The position numbers were made by a program, and so were the translations under genes. DNA of 64,000 bases, taken from positions 434,001 to 498,000 of the forward strand of contig JASVEC010000012.1 in NCBI GenBank assembly GCA_030770535.1, read 5' to 3'. A model generated the notes under the pieces. That model had not been told where the DNA came from. It did no database searches and saw only the letters and a program-made list of their open reading frames with translations. Position 1 is the first letter of the stretch; each line of letters begins with the position of its first letter. This DNA is from Batkoa obscura (lineage: Eukaryota). This document shows positions 26,010 through 38,225 of the stretch, piece by piece.

Positions 26010-27120
26010 TTTTGATAGGAAGTATTCTGACTATGGGTTCAACTTTAGGTGGTAATAATTTTAAATTTTGGATATAAATCTAGTACTTTTTTCCATATAA
26101 ATATATTCTGTAATTTGGTATAATTATTTATATCTACTTTCGAGCCCGTTGGATTTTTAATATTGGGGCAATAATTGTTTTCCGAAGCTCTATATGGGGA
26201 TGTATTTTTTTGTTTAAAAATTTCACTAACAATTCTTCCACTCAAATAGTGCTTAAAAAATGAAAAAAGTGACAAAACCAAAAAAAACACTCCCATACAA
26301 ATCCCTGCACACCTGTAGTTGCTAGGCTATTGTCGTTATTAACCCCATTTGATATTGCAGATACATTTGAGGATAGTTGAAGTAGTCAAGTTATGATAAC
26401 CTTAATTATCATTGGAGTTGTTTTGCCTATTGGGTTAATTGTTTGAAAATCTAAATACTATAAAACTCCATTAATCTCACTATTAATACCTGAAATCAAA
26501 AGGGCATCAGGTGCAACTTAAGTAATCTGCTTAACCTGAATAAATGCCGAAATAAACTGGTAACACTTTGCTTATATTTTTTGATCTTATATAAACTTAA
26601 TCTAACTTACACCTTGTTACTATTTAAGGGCTAACAAATAAAACACTTAATCTCAGCGTTGATTACAAGAGTTTTAATTTAAAATCTCTTAATTATAAAA
26701 AATTATTTATTGCGGATGTAGCACTAAATTGTGTAGGTTTAGGAACAATGATGTCAGCAAAGTTCGCTGATTCAAGTGGTTTATCAACCCATACCATCAA
26801 AGCGCTTTCTGGAATTGATAAAGCTATAACAGATATAGGTATAAATATAGCTTATCAAGTATTAATAGATCAAAAACATATGGCAATTACAGTTAGTGCT
26901 ATCCAAATAATAAAAGAAATTATTAGGGCTATTGAAAAGGCAATCGTTGGCACAACTTGGATCTAAATATTGTCCATATTGATTAAGCAGAGGGTTTAAA
27001 GAGAAATAGCTATGGAAGGAGCAACGGATCAAATAAACTATATTCCTTCACTACCATAAAATCAATTTAAGCAAGTCATTTCAGCTTATAGAAATGTATG
27101 AAGGAATTTTCACTTATATC
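26010..27120 (+). pseudogene. Degraded coding remnant with hydrophobic helices, interrupted by a MITE; family not recognised
   Basis: Codon-like, GC-richer stretches (FLIGSILTMGSTLGG; IADVALNCVGLGTMMSAKF..ORF 26748-26966) broken by stops; limits approximate. Confidence 0.3.
26196..26294 (+). mobile_element. Sola-type MITE copy
   Basis: ATAT-GGGGATGT...ACACTCCC-ATAC. Confidence 0.9.
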
Positions 27121-27744
27121 TTGTACTTTAACAAAGTTTGCTTTGATAGTTAATATTTTTATGGTTAATCCAGTCAATGCCCATACTACTCAAAAAATCG
27201 ATGGGGAAATTAGTGAAGAGCATGAGGGTTAATTTTACTAAAACAGATTATCTCAACATTGTAACATTTTATACTCTAGTTTTATTAAAATCACATTACT
27301 ATATCTTTACTTAAGAATAATATTTATCAAAATTTTAAAGGAATGTTCTTTAAATTTAAAAAAAGGAACACTCTTCCTTTAAATTATTCTTTATTTCTCA
27401 AGCTTACGATTTGAGTAAATTAATGATAAAATTATAATAAAAAACTTAGCCATATTAAGTGTTTTAATCTCTGAAAGTTGAAGCTATCAAGAGATTATAT
27501 ATAAATTCAAATAATTGAACTTGTACATAATCTGGGAGAGTAATTTATCCAACAAGACATTTATAAACGAACATAATTGCACACTTACTGTTCGAGATTA
27601 GATCTTTGTATTATTGTTTATAAAGTTCTACATAAAACATTCAAACATCCAATGAGCTACACTAATTTTTTAGATTAATCAAAATGTTCTTTTATTACAA
27701 ATGACATAAATATCAAAAAATAAAATAAAACTAATCACATCAAA

Positions 27745-29115
27745 ATGTTTTTTTCAAATCTTTTAGAGTTATTATTTTTATATTTGCTATTTTTGAAGAG
27801 TCCAAACTGTTCAAATGTACCAGAAATTCTTGGAGCTAACGGTGATATTATTAATGATATGATGTATGTGTTCGGTGGTCTTAGTTTATCAAATTTTCCA
27901 GAAGATGGAAATATTGACGAAAGTAACTTGAATAGTGAGGTTTACTATATAGATCTCAGAAAAGGGATAGACCTCAATAACGATCAAGAAAAAAACTGGG
28001 AATTTGATTCGCTTATAGACCAACCTTTAACTGCGTTGCTCTATCATAGTGTTATTAAAAAGGGTAACAACTCGGAAGACCTTTTGATTATAGGAGGAAC
28101 ATTCACACCGCTCGAGGATAGTGTAAAAATATTTAATACCAAAACGAAAACATGGAAAGTCGATTATGCAGGAAGTCAGTTTATTAAGAATTTAAACTTC
28201 ACTAAATCAGGTAGTCATCCTTTAAATTATGGGCCCTTTGCATCAACTTTAACTCAAAACGATTTAAATCCAGATGAGCTGGTTTTATATGGTGGTGGAT
28301 ACGCTAATAAAAAAATGAAAGAAGAAGCTGGGGAAGGTATTTATCATGGTTTAGTTATCTACAATACTAAAGATGATAAATGGAGAACTGTTGGGGAGAA
28401 TATTCAATATTCAATTGGTACCCATAGTTCAGTTATACATAATGGAAACTTAATGCTATTCGGAGGTATAGATGCTCCCTCAAATGAATTTATTGAATTT
28501 AATACTATTATAAGTTTTAATATCAAAGATGAAAAATGGTATAATCAAACTACATCAGGCGAATTTCCAAGCATACGTTCTATTTTTGGCTTAAAAAAAG
28601 TCAACAATCTCGTTTATGTATTAGGTGGTACTGTTGATGAAAGTTTCCAAGAATTTGCAGACAGCTCATTATATGCTCTAAATTTAGATACTCTTACTTG
28701 GGAAAAGTATTATATACCAGAGCTTATTAGCTCTACTTCAGGATACTTAGAGCACTATAATGGATATCTTTTATATGGTTTTGGCTTACGTCCAGAACTT
28801 TATTCAAAAATGCAGATAATTAGCTTAAATAATTATACTTTAGTAAATCGATTACCTTCAGCAAAAGAGATAGAAGAGTTAAAACCTAAAAATCAAATAC
28901 CTGCTATTGTTGGTGGCTCAATCGGTGGATTCATAGGGCTTATGTTATTAATTGTTCTAATTTATTTTTTATGTAGGAAGTTCAAACAATACCGTATTGT
29001 GAAAAAAGTGCCTTTGGCTATTCCTGAACCAACACATAACAATACGGTGTTTATTATTAAAGATCCAAATTTTATGTTTGATGATGATGACCCTGAATTC
29101 AATGAGACACTATAA
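27745..29115 (+). CDS. Kelch-repeat (beta-propeller) type I membrane protein
   Basis: Signal peptide; repeated hydrophobic-GG...W Kelch motifs (MYVFGG, LLIIGG, LVLYGG, LMLFGG, VYVLGG); TM IVGGSIGGFIGLMLLIVLIYFL followed by basic residues; short tail. Confidence 0.88.
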   Translation: MFFSNLLELLFLYLLFLKSPNCSNVPEILGANGDIINDMMYVFGGLSLSNFPEDGNIDESNLNSEVYYIDLRKGIDLNNDQEKNWEFDSLIDQPLTALLYHSVIKKGNNSEDLLIIGGTFTPLEDSVKIFNTKTKTWKVDYAGSQFIKNLNFTKSGSHPLNYGPFASTLTQNDLNPDELVLYGGGYANKKMKEEAGEGIYHGLVIYNTKDDKWRTVGENIQYSIGTHSSVIHNGNLMLFGGIDAPSNEFIEFNTIISFNIKDEKWYNQTTSGEFPSIRSIFGLKKVNNLVYVLGGTVDESFQEFADSSLYALNLDTLTWEKYYIPELISSTSGYLEHYNGYLLYGFGLRPELYSKMQIISLNNYTLVNRLPSAKEIEELKPKNQIPAIVGGSIGGFIGLMLLIVLIYFLCRKFKQYRIVKKVPLAIPEPTHNNTVFIIKDPNFMFDDDDPEFNETL

Positions 29116-29811
29116 ATTAAAATGAAACTATGTATTTTTTCTATTACCATACTTTTTTAAAACTTTTAAACATCTAACTTAATTTGCTCAAAAAATATTT
29201 TAGAAATATTATTTTTATAAACAACTTTCAGTTTTTAGTTATTAGTTTTTAGGGCTAAATATTCTTGAAAATAAACGGTGCTAATATTGCTTGTAGATAT
29301 TTGAGAAATAAAGTGAAATAAAAGCTATGATTTTTAAGTTTTCTTTATCTTTATTCGGTTCCTTTAGCCATTTACCTTTTAATTCACAGTTATTGACATA
29401 TTTGCAGCATTGACGATTAATTAGGTTGCTATAACTTTAAAATCTTGAAAAATGCGTGAAATCGAGAATTAGCAGTGAGAGATGAGAGAAGAGAAAAGGA
29501 ATAAGAGAAAAGATATGCTATAATCGGAAGAGAAGTGAGTCCGTAGGAGCAGGGTTTAGACCTAACCAAGTTTAAGATAGCAAAATTATGTTATGTATTA
29601 TAAACTTGAAGCCAGAAGTGCAACAGGTCTTCAGTTTCTAAGGTAGAGGCTAAGAAAGAATTGACCAATAGTTTGATACAATAAACATGAATAGACTACA
29701 GGTCAAAAGCATAAATAAATGCTTAAAGAAAAGAGCAAAATATAAGAAGGCTTTAGAGAGTTAGGCATAAACTGGTAAGAAAGGGGTAAATGAAAAGGTG
29801 GACCATTATAT

Positions 29812-29910
29812 GGGGATGTACTTTTGTGTTTGAGAATTCTATTAGCAATTTTTTCGCTCAAACAGCGCTTAAAAGATGGAAAAAGTGATGAAGCCAAAAA
29901 AAACACCCTC
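29812..29910 (+). mobile_element. Sola-type MITE copy
   Basis: ATAT-GGGGATGT...ACACCCTC-ATAT. Confidence 0.92.
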
Positions 29911-31116
29911 ATATCTTAGAATGGGATTTTATAATGTTTAACTATATATATAAGCGTTTGCAGTTAATATTAAAATCAGTGATTTTGAAATTGTTAAGAT
30001 TATATGACATTACAGCGCTTTAGTAATGAAGCGATTCAATGCTTAATCTAATAATAACTAAGACACATTGATAGATGAGCTTTAAGTTTATATCTGATGA
30101 TTTTGATGTAGCTTGTTCTAGAGAATCTTGTTTTTAAAATTAAATTTTTAAAGAGAACCGTAAGTAAATGAAAAGCTGACTGTTTATAATTTAATTAATA
30201 TCGTATCTAGGACAGCAGCTATTGATGAGTTTATTTAACACTTGATGTTTACAATGGAAATTTCATAGACATTTTAAAAAAATTCAAAACCTTCAATAGC
30301 TATATAGGCTGTCCTTATTTTTACAATAAGCTGAAATGCTCTTGCCCTTTAAGTAACTCTCCAACTGATTCAGAGTAACTATCTTTTTTAGTTTTGAAAA
30401 GACAAATGTTAAATTGAAATTCAGACTGTATAGTCATTTATTTCAATAATAAAGTTCAAACCAAAATTGGAATTGAAAATTTAATTAAAATTATTGATAA
30501 GAATTTTATAAGATAAAAATAATCAATTTCTGGAATAGTTACAATAACAAAGCAAAAATTTTAAAATTGAGCTAAATGGCACATGCAAGTAAAAGACGAG
30601 ACTCCAGTATAAGATGCCCTTGACTATTCTGAACACCTTTCTTTTTGAACTTTTTTAAGAATATCTTAAGCATTTTTCTTTTTGAAATTAAGCTTGATTT
30701 TAGATAAATCTGTAAAATTCACTATAGCATAAGTAGTCTATTGAAGCATCCTTTTTTATACATATGTATAGCTTAGATAATACTAAATGACTTTTAATAA
30801 GACCTCGAATTAAAAAAATTAAAAAATTATAACAAAAGGCTAAGTGAAATATTTATTATGTAATATAAGAAGTATTGTAATTTTTTAAGAATAATTATGT
30901 TATATTCTTATAAAAGTTGTCATATCTTTTACTAAAAACTATTATTTAAACTATTTTACTTTTAAACCGGTGCTTTTAATTAAGAATATTACAGCTTGTT
31001 ATATCAAATAGACCTAAGATGAGTTATTTCGAACCACTACTTCATAAAATAAGCATTGCAGTTACTGTGAGCTGAAGATTAATATTTATAAGTTAAAAGC
31101 CTCAAATTTAAGCTTA

Positions 31117-32547
31117 ATGATACAAAAAAAACTATTCAAATTTATGCGACTGGTACTATTGCTACTATTGCTATTAAAGATATCAAATTGTTCAAATACA
31201 CCAGGATTAGCTGGAGCCAATGGAGGAATAATTAATGATACAATTTACGTATTTGGTGGATTTTCTGATTCAAAAAGTGATCCCAAAAGCGAAAATGAGG
31301 AGATTATTGAAAAAAATTTTAACACCGGGGTTTATTATTTGGATCTAAAAGATGGTATAGATTTTAATAATGAACAAGGAGCAAATTGGAAATTTGATTC
31401 ACTTGAAGATCATCCTTTGAATACATTATTTCATTACAGCACTATTAGATTGAATGATAGCTCGGATGAACTTTTAATTATGGGAGGAGCGTTTACACCA
31501 ACTAAAGAAAGCGTAAAGATGTTTAATACCAAAACAAAAACTTGGAAAGTAGATCAAACTGGGAGTCAATTTATCAAGCACTTAAACTTTGCTAATTTAA
31601 CTAGTTTATCACCAAAATATGGACCTGTTACTTCAAGCTTAAACCAAAATGATTTAAATCCGGATGAACTAGTTATATCTGGTGGGGCTTATACTATTAA
31701 CAAATTGGATGAAGATAAATTGGACGAAGATAAATTGAATGAAAATAAATTGGATGAAGATAAAGTTGAGGTGTATCCTGGTTTAATAATTTATAATACT
31801 AAAAATAATGAATGGAGGTCTATTGAGAAAGCAAGCGAACATTCAATTGGCTCCCTTAGGTCGTTTATACATAATGGAAATTTAATGACATTTGAAAGTC
31901 AAAATAAACTTACTACTAAAACTGTTAATTTTAATACCATCATAAGTTTTAATATTAAAGATGAAAAATGGCATAGTCAAACTACATCGGGAGGATTTCC
32001 AGAAGCACGTACCATTTATGGCTTGAAAAAAGTCGATAATCTTGTTTATATAATAGGTGGCACTAGTGATGAAAATTTTATAGAATTTGCGGATAGCTCA
32101 CTATATGTTCTAAATTTAGACAATCTTATTTGGGAAAAGCACTATATAGCTGGATTGATCAGTTCTGCTTTCAGTTATTTAGATTACTATAATGGTTATT
32201 TATTATATTGTTTTGGATATCGCTTAGAAGTTTACTCCAAAATGCAAATAATTAGCTTGAACAATTACACTTTAGTACACCGGTTACCTTCAGCAAAAGA
32301 AATAGAAGATTCAAAGCCAAAAAGTCAAATACCTGTTATCGTTGGTGGTTCAATTGGTGGATTTATAGGTTTTATTTTACTTATTGTTACCATATACTTT
32401 TTATATAAAAAGCTTAAGCAATACCGTGTTGTAAAAAAAGTACCTTTGACTATTCCTGAGCCAACTCATAGTAGTATAGAATTTATTATTAAAAATCCAA
32501 CTTTCACATTGGAAGATGATGAAGCTGAATTTGATGAAACACTTTAA
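31117..32547 (+). CDS. Kelch-repeat type I membrane protein (paralog); true start may be 31144
   Basis: Colinear with the 27745 protein including signal peptide, TM and EFDETL terminus. Confidence 0.88.
   Translation: MIQKKLFKFMRLVLLLLLLLKISNCSNTPGLAGANGGIINDTIYVFGGFSDSKSDPKSENEEIIEKNFNTGVYYLDLKDGIDFNNEQGANWKFDSLEDHPLNTLFHYSTIRLNDSSDELLIMGGAFTPTKESVKMFNTKTKTWKVDQTGSQFIKHLNFANLTSLSPKYGPVTSSLNQNDLNPDELVISGGAYTINKLDEDKLDEDKLNENKLDEDKVEVYPGLIIYNTKNNEWRSIEKASEHSIGSLRSFIHNGNLMTFESQNKLTTKTVNFNTIISFNIKDEKWHSQTTSGGFPEARTIYGLKKVDNLVYIIGGTSDENFIEFADSSLYVLNLDNLIWEKHYIAGLISSAFSYLDYYNGYLLYCFGYRLEVYSKMQIISLNNYTLVHRLPSAKEIEDSKPKSQIPVIVGGSIGGFIGFILLIVTIYFLYKKLKQYRVVKKVPLTIPEPTHSSIEFIIKNPTFTLEDDEAEFDETL
31702..31761 (+). 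repeat. In-frame 15-bp tandem repeat x4 (KLDED-like)
   Basis: AAATTGGATGAAGAT AAATTGGACGAAGAT AAATTGAATGAAAAT AAATTGGATGAAGAT. Confidence 0.9.
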
Positions 32548-32961
32548 ATTAAAATAAATATCATTATGGCTCTATATCTCTATGATATTTCTGCATAGAA
32601 AGATATTTGTTTATTGCTTATTTTCTTTGGAATATTTTAATAAAATAGTGGTATTATTCCCTTTTTTTGCATTCTTTACTTTTCAACTGTGGGAATTTTA
32701 AACCAGAAAGTATGTTATAAGAGCAATAGTATTTGTAAACAAAGCGGTATTTATTAAGCTAGAGCATAAAGTCGCAAATTAAATATAACAATTATATTAC
32801 TTTTAAAATCTGATAACATTTGTCTAAACTTCAAATTCAATTTTCAAATTAAAGCGAGTGATGTAGAATTGCCAAATAAAGGCTTGACTTAAGGGCTTAA
32901 TTATCGAAATCAATTTAAATTACAACAATGAAAGTATAATCCTGTTTAATTTTAATACAAA

Positions 32962-34690
32962 ATGACATACTTTAGAAAGTTAGTTCATTTCCATCTTAGA
33001 AACAGTTTTTTAAAAAGAGGGCTTCATAGTACCAATAGTTTTTTAAACATCCAACCAGCTCTATCCAATTTCAATGATAGTCAAAAATATAGTGAAAATG
33101 AGGTTTCAGCTAAAATAATTAATAGGAAGTACCTTGATCAAGATATAAAAGTTTTAGAGGTTGAGAATGAAGGAAACACGATGGACTTGTAAGATCATTG
33201 TATTTATGCTTGCTTCGTAAATTTATTTTATATAGTGACTTGATGTGGCTGAGAGATAACTGCAAATGCCCAAAATGTTGGGATGGCGTAACCTTACAAA
33301 GAATTTACCATCATATAGATGTAAATCGGATAGTACTTTTAAAATAATGCTAATTATAAATAGTTAGATCCTGAATTAACAGTAAAAGAAATAATCATGA
33401 AGGATGACCAAATTTACATTCAATGTAAATCATTAGTTTTAATATTGATCTTATTTACAATTTTATTAGGGGATAAAGAAAATCATAATAGCCAATATAG
33501 TTTAAAATGGTTAACGAGTAACCGTTATCCTGACCCAAACTTAAATTATAACAAGTAAAATTTACTATTCATTTTTGATCACAATTTAACATTTAGTATA
33601 GTAATAAAAAGTTATGGAATGCTTCGATACTCGGTAGAAAATTGGAAAATTTACCAAGAATAAAATATAAAAATGTAGGGACTAATTAGTATTTAAGACT
33701 AAAAGCTTACATATTTGTTAGGTGATGGAAAAGGACGGAATGAAATATTTGGTTATGAATTTAGTATATTACTTTTAAATAGTTTACTACCATACTTAAT
33801 TCAAATTTAATAGAGAGATTATGGTTTAGCTTTAGTAGAAGAGACACCTGTAAATAGTGAAGTAAAAAACATATATTTAGTTTTTTAAATATTAATCGAT
33901 GTTAGGCTACTGAACTTCTATGTAAAAAAATAGGACCAATACGAAACACTCACTATGGTAATATTATTAAATGAAATAAAAATGAACTAAACATTTCATT
34001 AGGTACTTTCTGGGAATTTGAAGCCAATTTAATGCATAACGATGCTGCATACCAGAATTTCAAGCTGGAGCCACATACTGATACTACTTATTTTACAGAT
34101 CCTGCTGGGTACATGCTTTATACTAATGACATGATTTATACTAACATTTTGAAAGTTTACAGATATTTCATTTATTACATTTTGACGGGGAAGGTGGAGA
34201 ACAAATCTATATGGATGGGTTTTTAATGGCCAATAACTTCAAGAAAGAGTATCCTGAAGAGTATAAGCTTTTAGCTCAACAGCCTGTTCCTTTCCATTCA
34301 GCTGGAGATGAAGGACAATATTTAACGACTAAAAATCACACAATATTTGAACATGAAGTAGCTGGCGATATAGAAAGCCCATTATTAAGATTAAGATACA
34401 ATTATGATTCTAGATCAGTACCAAAACATAATATGGACTCAATCAAAATGCGACAATGGTATTTAGCTTTAAATAAGTTTATAAAGTCACAACACCAAAA
34501 TTTAGACAACAGAGTTTACTTTCCACTTGAAAAAGGAACCACAATAATTATCGATAACTACCGAGTATTACATGGTAGAAATGCTTTCACTGCCAATAAA
34601 AGAAAGCTCTGTGGAGCGTATATTAACCATGATGATCTCATCTCTCAATGGAACATTATAATGAATAAAGATAAAAAAAGTTCTATTTAA
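32962..34690 (+). CDS. Trimethyllysine dioxygenase (TMLH/BBOX family, carnitine biosynthesis), mitochondrial, multi-exon
   Basis: Presequence-like N-terminus; WLRDNCKCPKC zinc motif; HTDTTYF HxD motif; DNYRVLHGRNAF..RKLCGAY. Confidence 0.85.
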
Positions 34691-35760
34691 GAACCAAACT
34701 AGAACTGAATATTCTACTAAATCTACTCCTAATATATGAGAATTCTTCTTTTCGTTTTAGTATTTTAACAATAACTTTTTCTTAATTTGTTTTATATAAA
34801 AAATCGAAAAGCAATAAAAGTAAGAATTTTATATTTGATATCAAATGCGAATAGAAGGATTAGTTACTTAATTTATCATTATTCAAACCTGTTTTCAAAT
34901 ATATATCAATAGTTCGATAAGTTATTTATCACATGGTTATCTCAACAAATAGAAGTTAGAAATTCTATATTCATTATTATTATTACCCCAATCATTATAG
35001 AAACTTTGGAAGTGTACAAAAACTTAGAGGATATCAAAAATCTACTAGGAAATGAACATTTTTTAGCTTTATATCCTACAAAACCAATGTACCATCAAGT
35101 TTAGTGGCTTACAGCGCCTTTGATTTGAAGTGCTGTTTGTGATTCAGGTGCAGTTCTCAACAGAAAAAAGTTACTTTACAAATAACGTGATTATGTTTAA
35201 TATGGAGGTTTTAATTTTGATTTATTGAGATAACTTTTATATAGTTAGCTTATATAACTGTTGATATGAGTTTACGAACAGGGCTGGAAATAATAGTAGA
35301 TTATGGTAGATAATTCTTCTATGCTCAATATGAAAAAAGTCGTACTTTATGATATAAATCCAATTATAATAAAGTAGCTGATAATTAAATAGTGAATCAT
35401 AATTATCTGATGTTAGTTATAAATAATCTAAGATAATAAGGAAATATAACTTTGCTATTGAATTGGTTGTAAGTTGATATAAGTTATAATACTAGATTTT
35501 TAAAAATTATTATAGTTTAAAAGGATATCAAGCTTTGTAGACAACAAGAATGTTTTAGTTATATAGCATATGTTATACTGAATTGACATGATTCAATTTA
35601 GTGTATTACACTTGCATATTAAAATAATTGTAAAAAGTAGTTAATTAAAAATAAAAACTCAAGTTTCAAAAAATATATTATTTTATTCAATAGAAGTTTA
35701 TCTCATATTTTACTACAAGTTACAATTGTAAATATGTTAAGATATTTGTTAATCAAATAT

Positions 35761-35857
35761 GGATGTATTTTTTGTTTAAGAATTTTACTAATTATTCTAC
35801 TCAAATAGTGCTTAAAAAATGGGAAAAGCGATGAAACCAAAAAAAACTCCTCCCCCC
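35761..35857 (+). mobile_element. Sola-type MITE copy
   Basis: ATAT-GGATGTA...CTCCTCCCCCC; consensus interior. Confidence 0.85.
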
Positions 35858-35955
35858 AAATATAATAATGGATAGGCTTTTCTCAGTAATGTTAGGCTTT
35901 ATAAACTTTACAAACTTGGGAAGTAAATGTAATTTAGCTTTAAAACCTAATATAT

Positions 35956-36052
35956 GAAGTATGTTTTTTTTGGTTTCATTACTTTTTCCATTTTTTAAGC
36001 ACTATTTGAGTAGAATAATTAGTAAAATTCTTAAACAAAAAAATACATCCTC
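35956..36052 (-). mobile_element. Sola-type MITE copy (inverted relative to 35761)
   Basis: ATAT-GAAGTATG...ACATCCTC-ATAT. Confidence 0.88.
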
Positions 36053-36430
36053 ATATTAAAAAGATTAAAAACGGTAAAAAAATTAATGTTACTCTATTAT
36101 TTAAGTAAAGCAATACTAAATAAATCTAATAAGGTAGTAAAAAGTGTGACAGAGTATAATCATCAAATTATTCTATTAAGATAGTGCGCGTGTTTTATTT
36201 CAATACTTATTTAATATTTTTTAAACTTCTCTTGAATAAAAAATTGAAAAACTAATGAAACTCAAGCCCTTCTCATATCTTGATGCTTATTCGTAGTATT
36301 ATACTCTTTTATATAAACTAATACTAGCTTTATTGCCAATGTGGTGGATGGTATTAATAGGATCAGAGAAGAAAATGTTCTATCTGAAAATTGATTATTA
36401 AACATTTATTGATTAAACCGAAAAATACAT

Positions 36431-36520
36431 GAGTGTCCTTTTTGTCTTATGTTTTGTCCATTTTTTATCCAACTAAGCTTAAAAATATTTAAAAAATACT
36501 TGAACAAAAGAGATTCTCCC
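36431..36520 (-). mobile_element. Divergent MITE of the same superfamily
   Basis: ACAT-GAGTGTCC...TTCTCCC-ATAT; internal CATTTTTTATCCAA resembles the reverse complement of the transposon right subterminus TTGGATAAAAAAATG. Confidence 0.45.
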
Positions 36521-36928
36521 ATATTTTAGCTACCTTTCACATTTTAAAATTTTATTTAATGATTTGAAATCCATTATTAATATTTGTATAATTTCAATAC
36601 GGGTATTTTTATTTTATATTCCTGTATTCCTATAAAATAACCATTAATTATGGTTATATCAAACGTATTTAAGGTACTCAGCACAGAACTTGATAAAAGA
36701 TAGCCTTTACACCCCTATTGATAATTAAGTAAAATTCACATTATAAAAATTTAGTATTTGTTTCGAACTAAGAATCTCTTTGTTCACCTTTATTAATTTA
36801 GTGGTTTAAAACAAGCATAAACGTCAAAATTTAGTTCTTCACTTTTGCAAACCAAGTGCATAAAACGCTTAAATGAATAACATTTGAAAAATTAAACAAG
36901 GAGTTTTTCTATTTTAAAAAAAATAATA

Positions 36929-37682
36929 ATGGCATCAGCTAGTAATTCAAAAGTAAGACGTATAGCAGTATTAGGATCAAGGGCTGTCGGTAAATTTAAT
37001 TCATATGTCAAATAAACTTAAATAAATGATAATATATTAGGAAAAAGTTCACTGACCATTCAGTTTGTCGAAAACCATTTTGTAGATTCTTATTATCCAA
37101 CGATTGAAAACACTTTCACAAAAGATATTAAATATAAAGGCCAAGACTTTACCGTCGAAATTATTGATACTGCTGGACAAGTAAAAATGTTTTAGTTATT
37201 TACAACCTATATTAATTTTTAGGATGAATATTCGATTTTACCATCTCAACACGCAATAGGGATCCATGGATATGTACTTGTTTATTCAGTAACTTCCAAG
37301 TCAAGTTTTGAGCTTGTAAAAATCATAAGAGATAAGATACTCAACTTTACTGGTACTGAGTGGGTACCGTTAATCTTAGTTGGTAATAAAAAAGACTTAC
37401 AAGCACAAAGGTAATTTTACTCAGTTTTAATGTAAATTATCGATAACAATTTAAATAGACAAGTTTCACTAGATGAAGGCAAAGAACTTTCTTTAAGCTG
37501 GAATTGTCAGCATTTAGAAACTAGTGCTAAAAACAACGATAATATAAGTAATGTTTTTTTATATGAAGCTAGTAAATTTTTAATACTTTTAATCAGGTCG
37601 TGCTTTTGATATGATGATCAATGAAATTGAGAAGTCAATTAACCCAACTGAAGAAGATAAAAAAGAGTGTGTTATCTTGTAA
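36929..37682 (+). CDS. RHB1: Rheb small GTPase, multi-exon
   Basis: GSRAVGKSS with the Rheb-specific Arg; effector loop YYPTIENT; DTAGQDEY, GNKKD, ETSAK; CAAX CVIL. Confidence 0.93.
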
Positions 37683-38225
37683 GAAAAATAGTTTAATATT
37701 CCCGTAATTTCTTTTTTAGCTTATAATTTTTATACACTTTCTATTACTTATATCTTTTTATATAAATAAATGTATTTGATTAATTTTATTTTTCTGGTCA
37801 TATTTAAATCATTCGGTTAAATTTTAGTTATGCAGTTAAATTATATGGGAATATCTTTTTAAACTATTTTCACTTTTTAGCCCTAAATTTTGAATAAGTT
37901 GATATTTAGAGTAACAATTGTAAAACAGACATGTTTAATAGGTGGCTTAAAGCTGCATAGCTAATTTCTTTGAATATTGAACTTTTAAAATTTAACAAGT
38001 ATAGGGGAGTAATACACAACGAGTAAGTTGGATATGCACCTAAGTTATTAATACTTTTTGCAATTTATAATAGCAGTGACTTGAGTAGATGGCCAGCTTT
38101 CTTGTTCATCACTCCATTTTATGATTCCACACTTGAAACCAATGGGCTAACTAAAAACTACATTAGATATATAATTTAGAAGACCAAAATTAATTTTTAA
38201 TCTTCTTCAACATTAATAATACAAT

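Noticed and set aside
26045..26296. ORFs 26045-26296 and 29703-29912 with similar N-termini (MGVFFLVLSLF / MRVFFLASSLF)
   Set aside because: Both start inside MITE copies; the similarity is the repeat, not a gene family
29440..29800. Purine-rich tract with a faint zf-RVT/LINE-like translation on the minus strand
   Set aside because: Too degenerate to support by eye; would need a profile search
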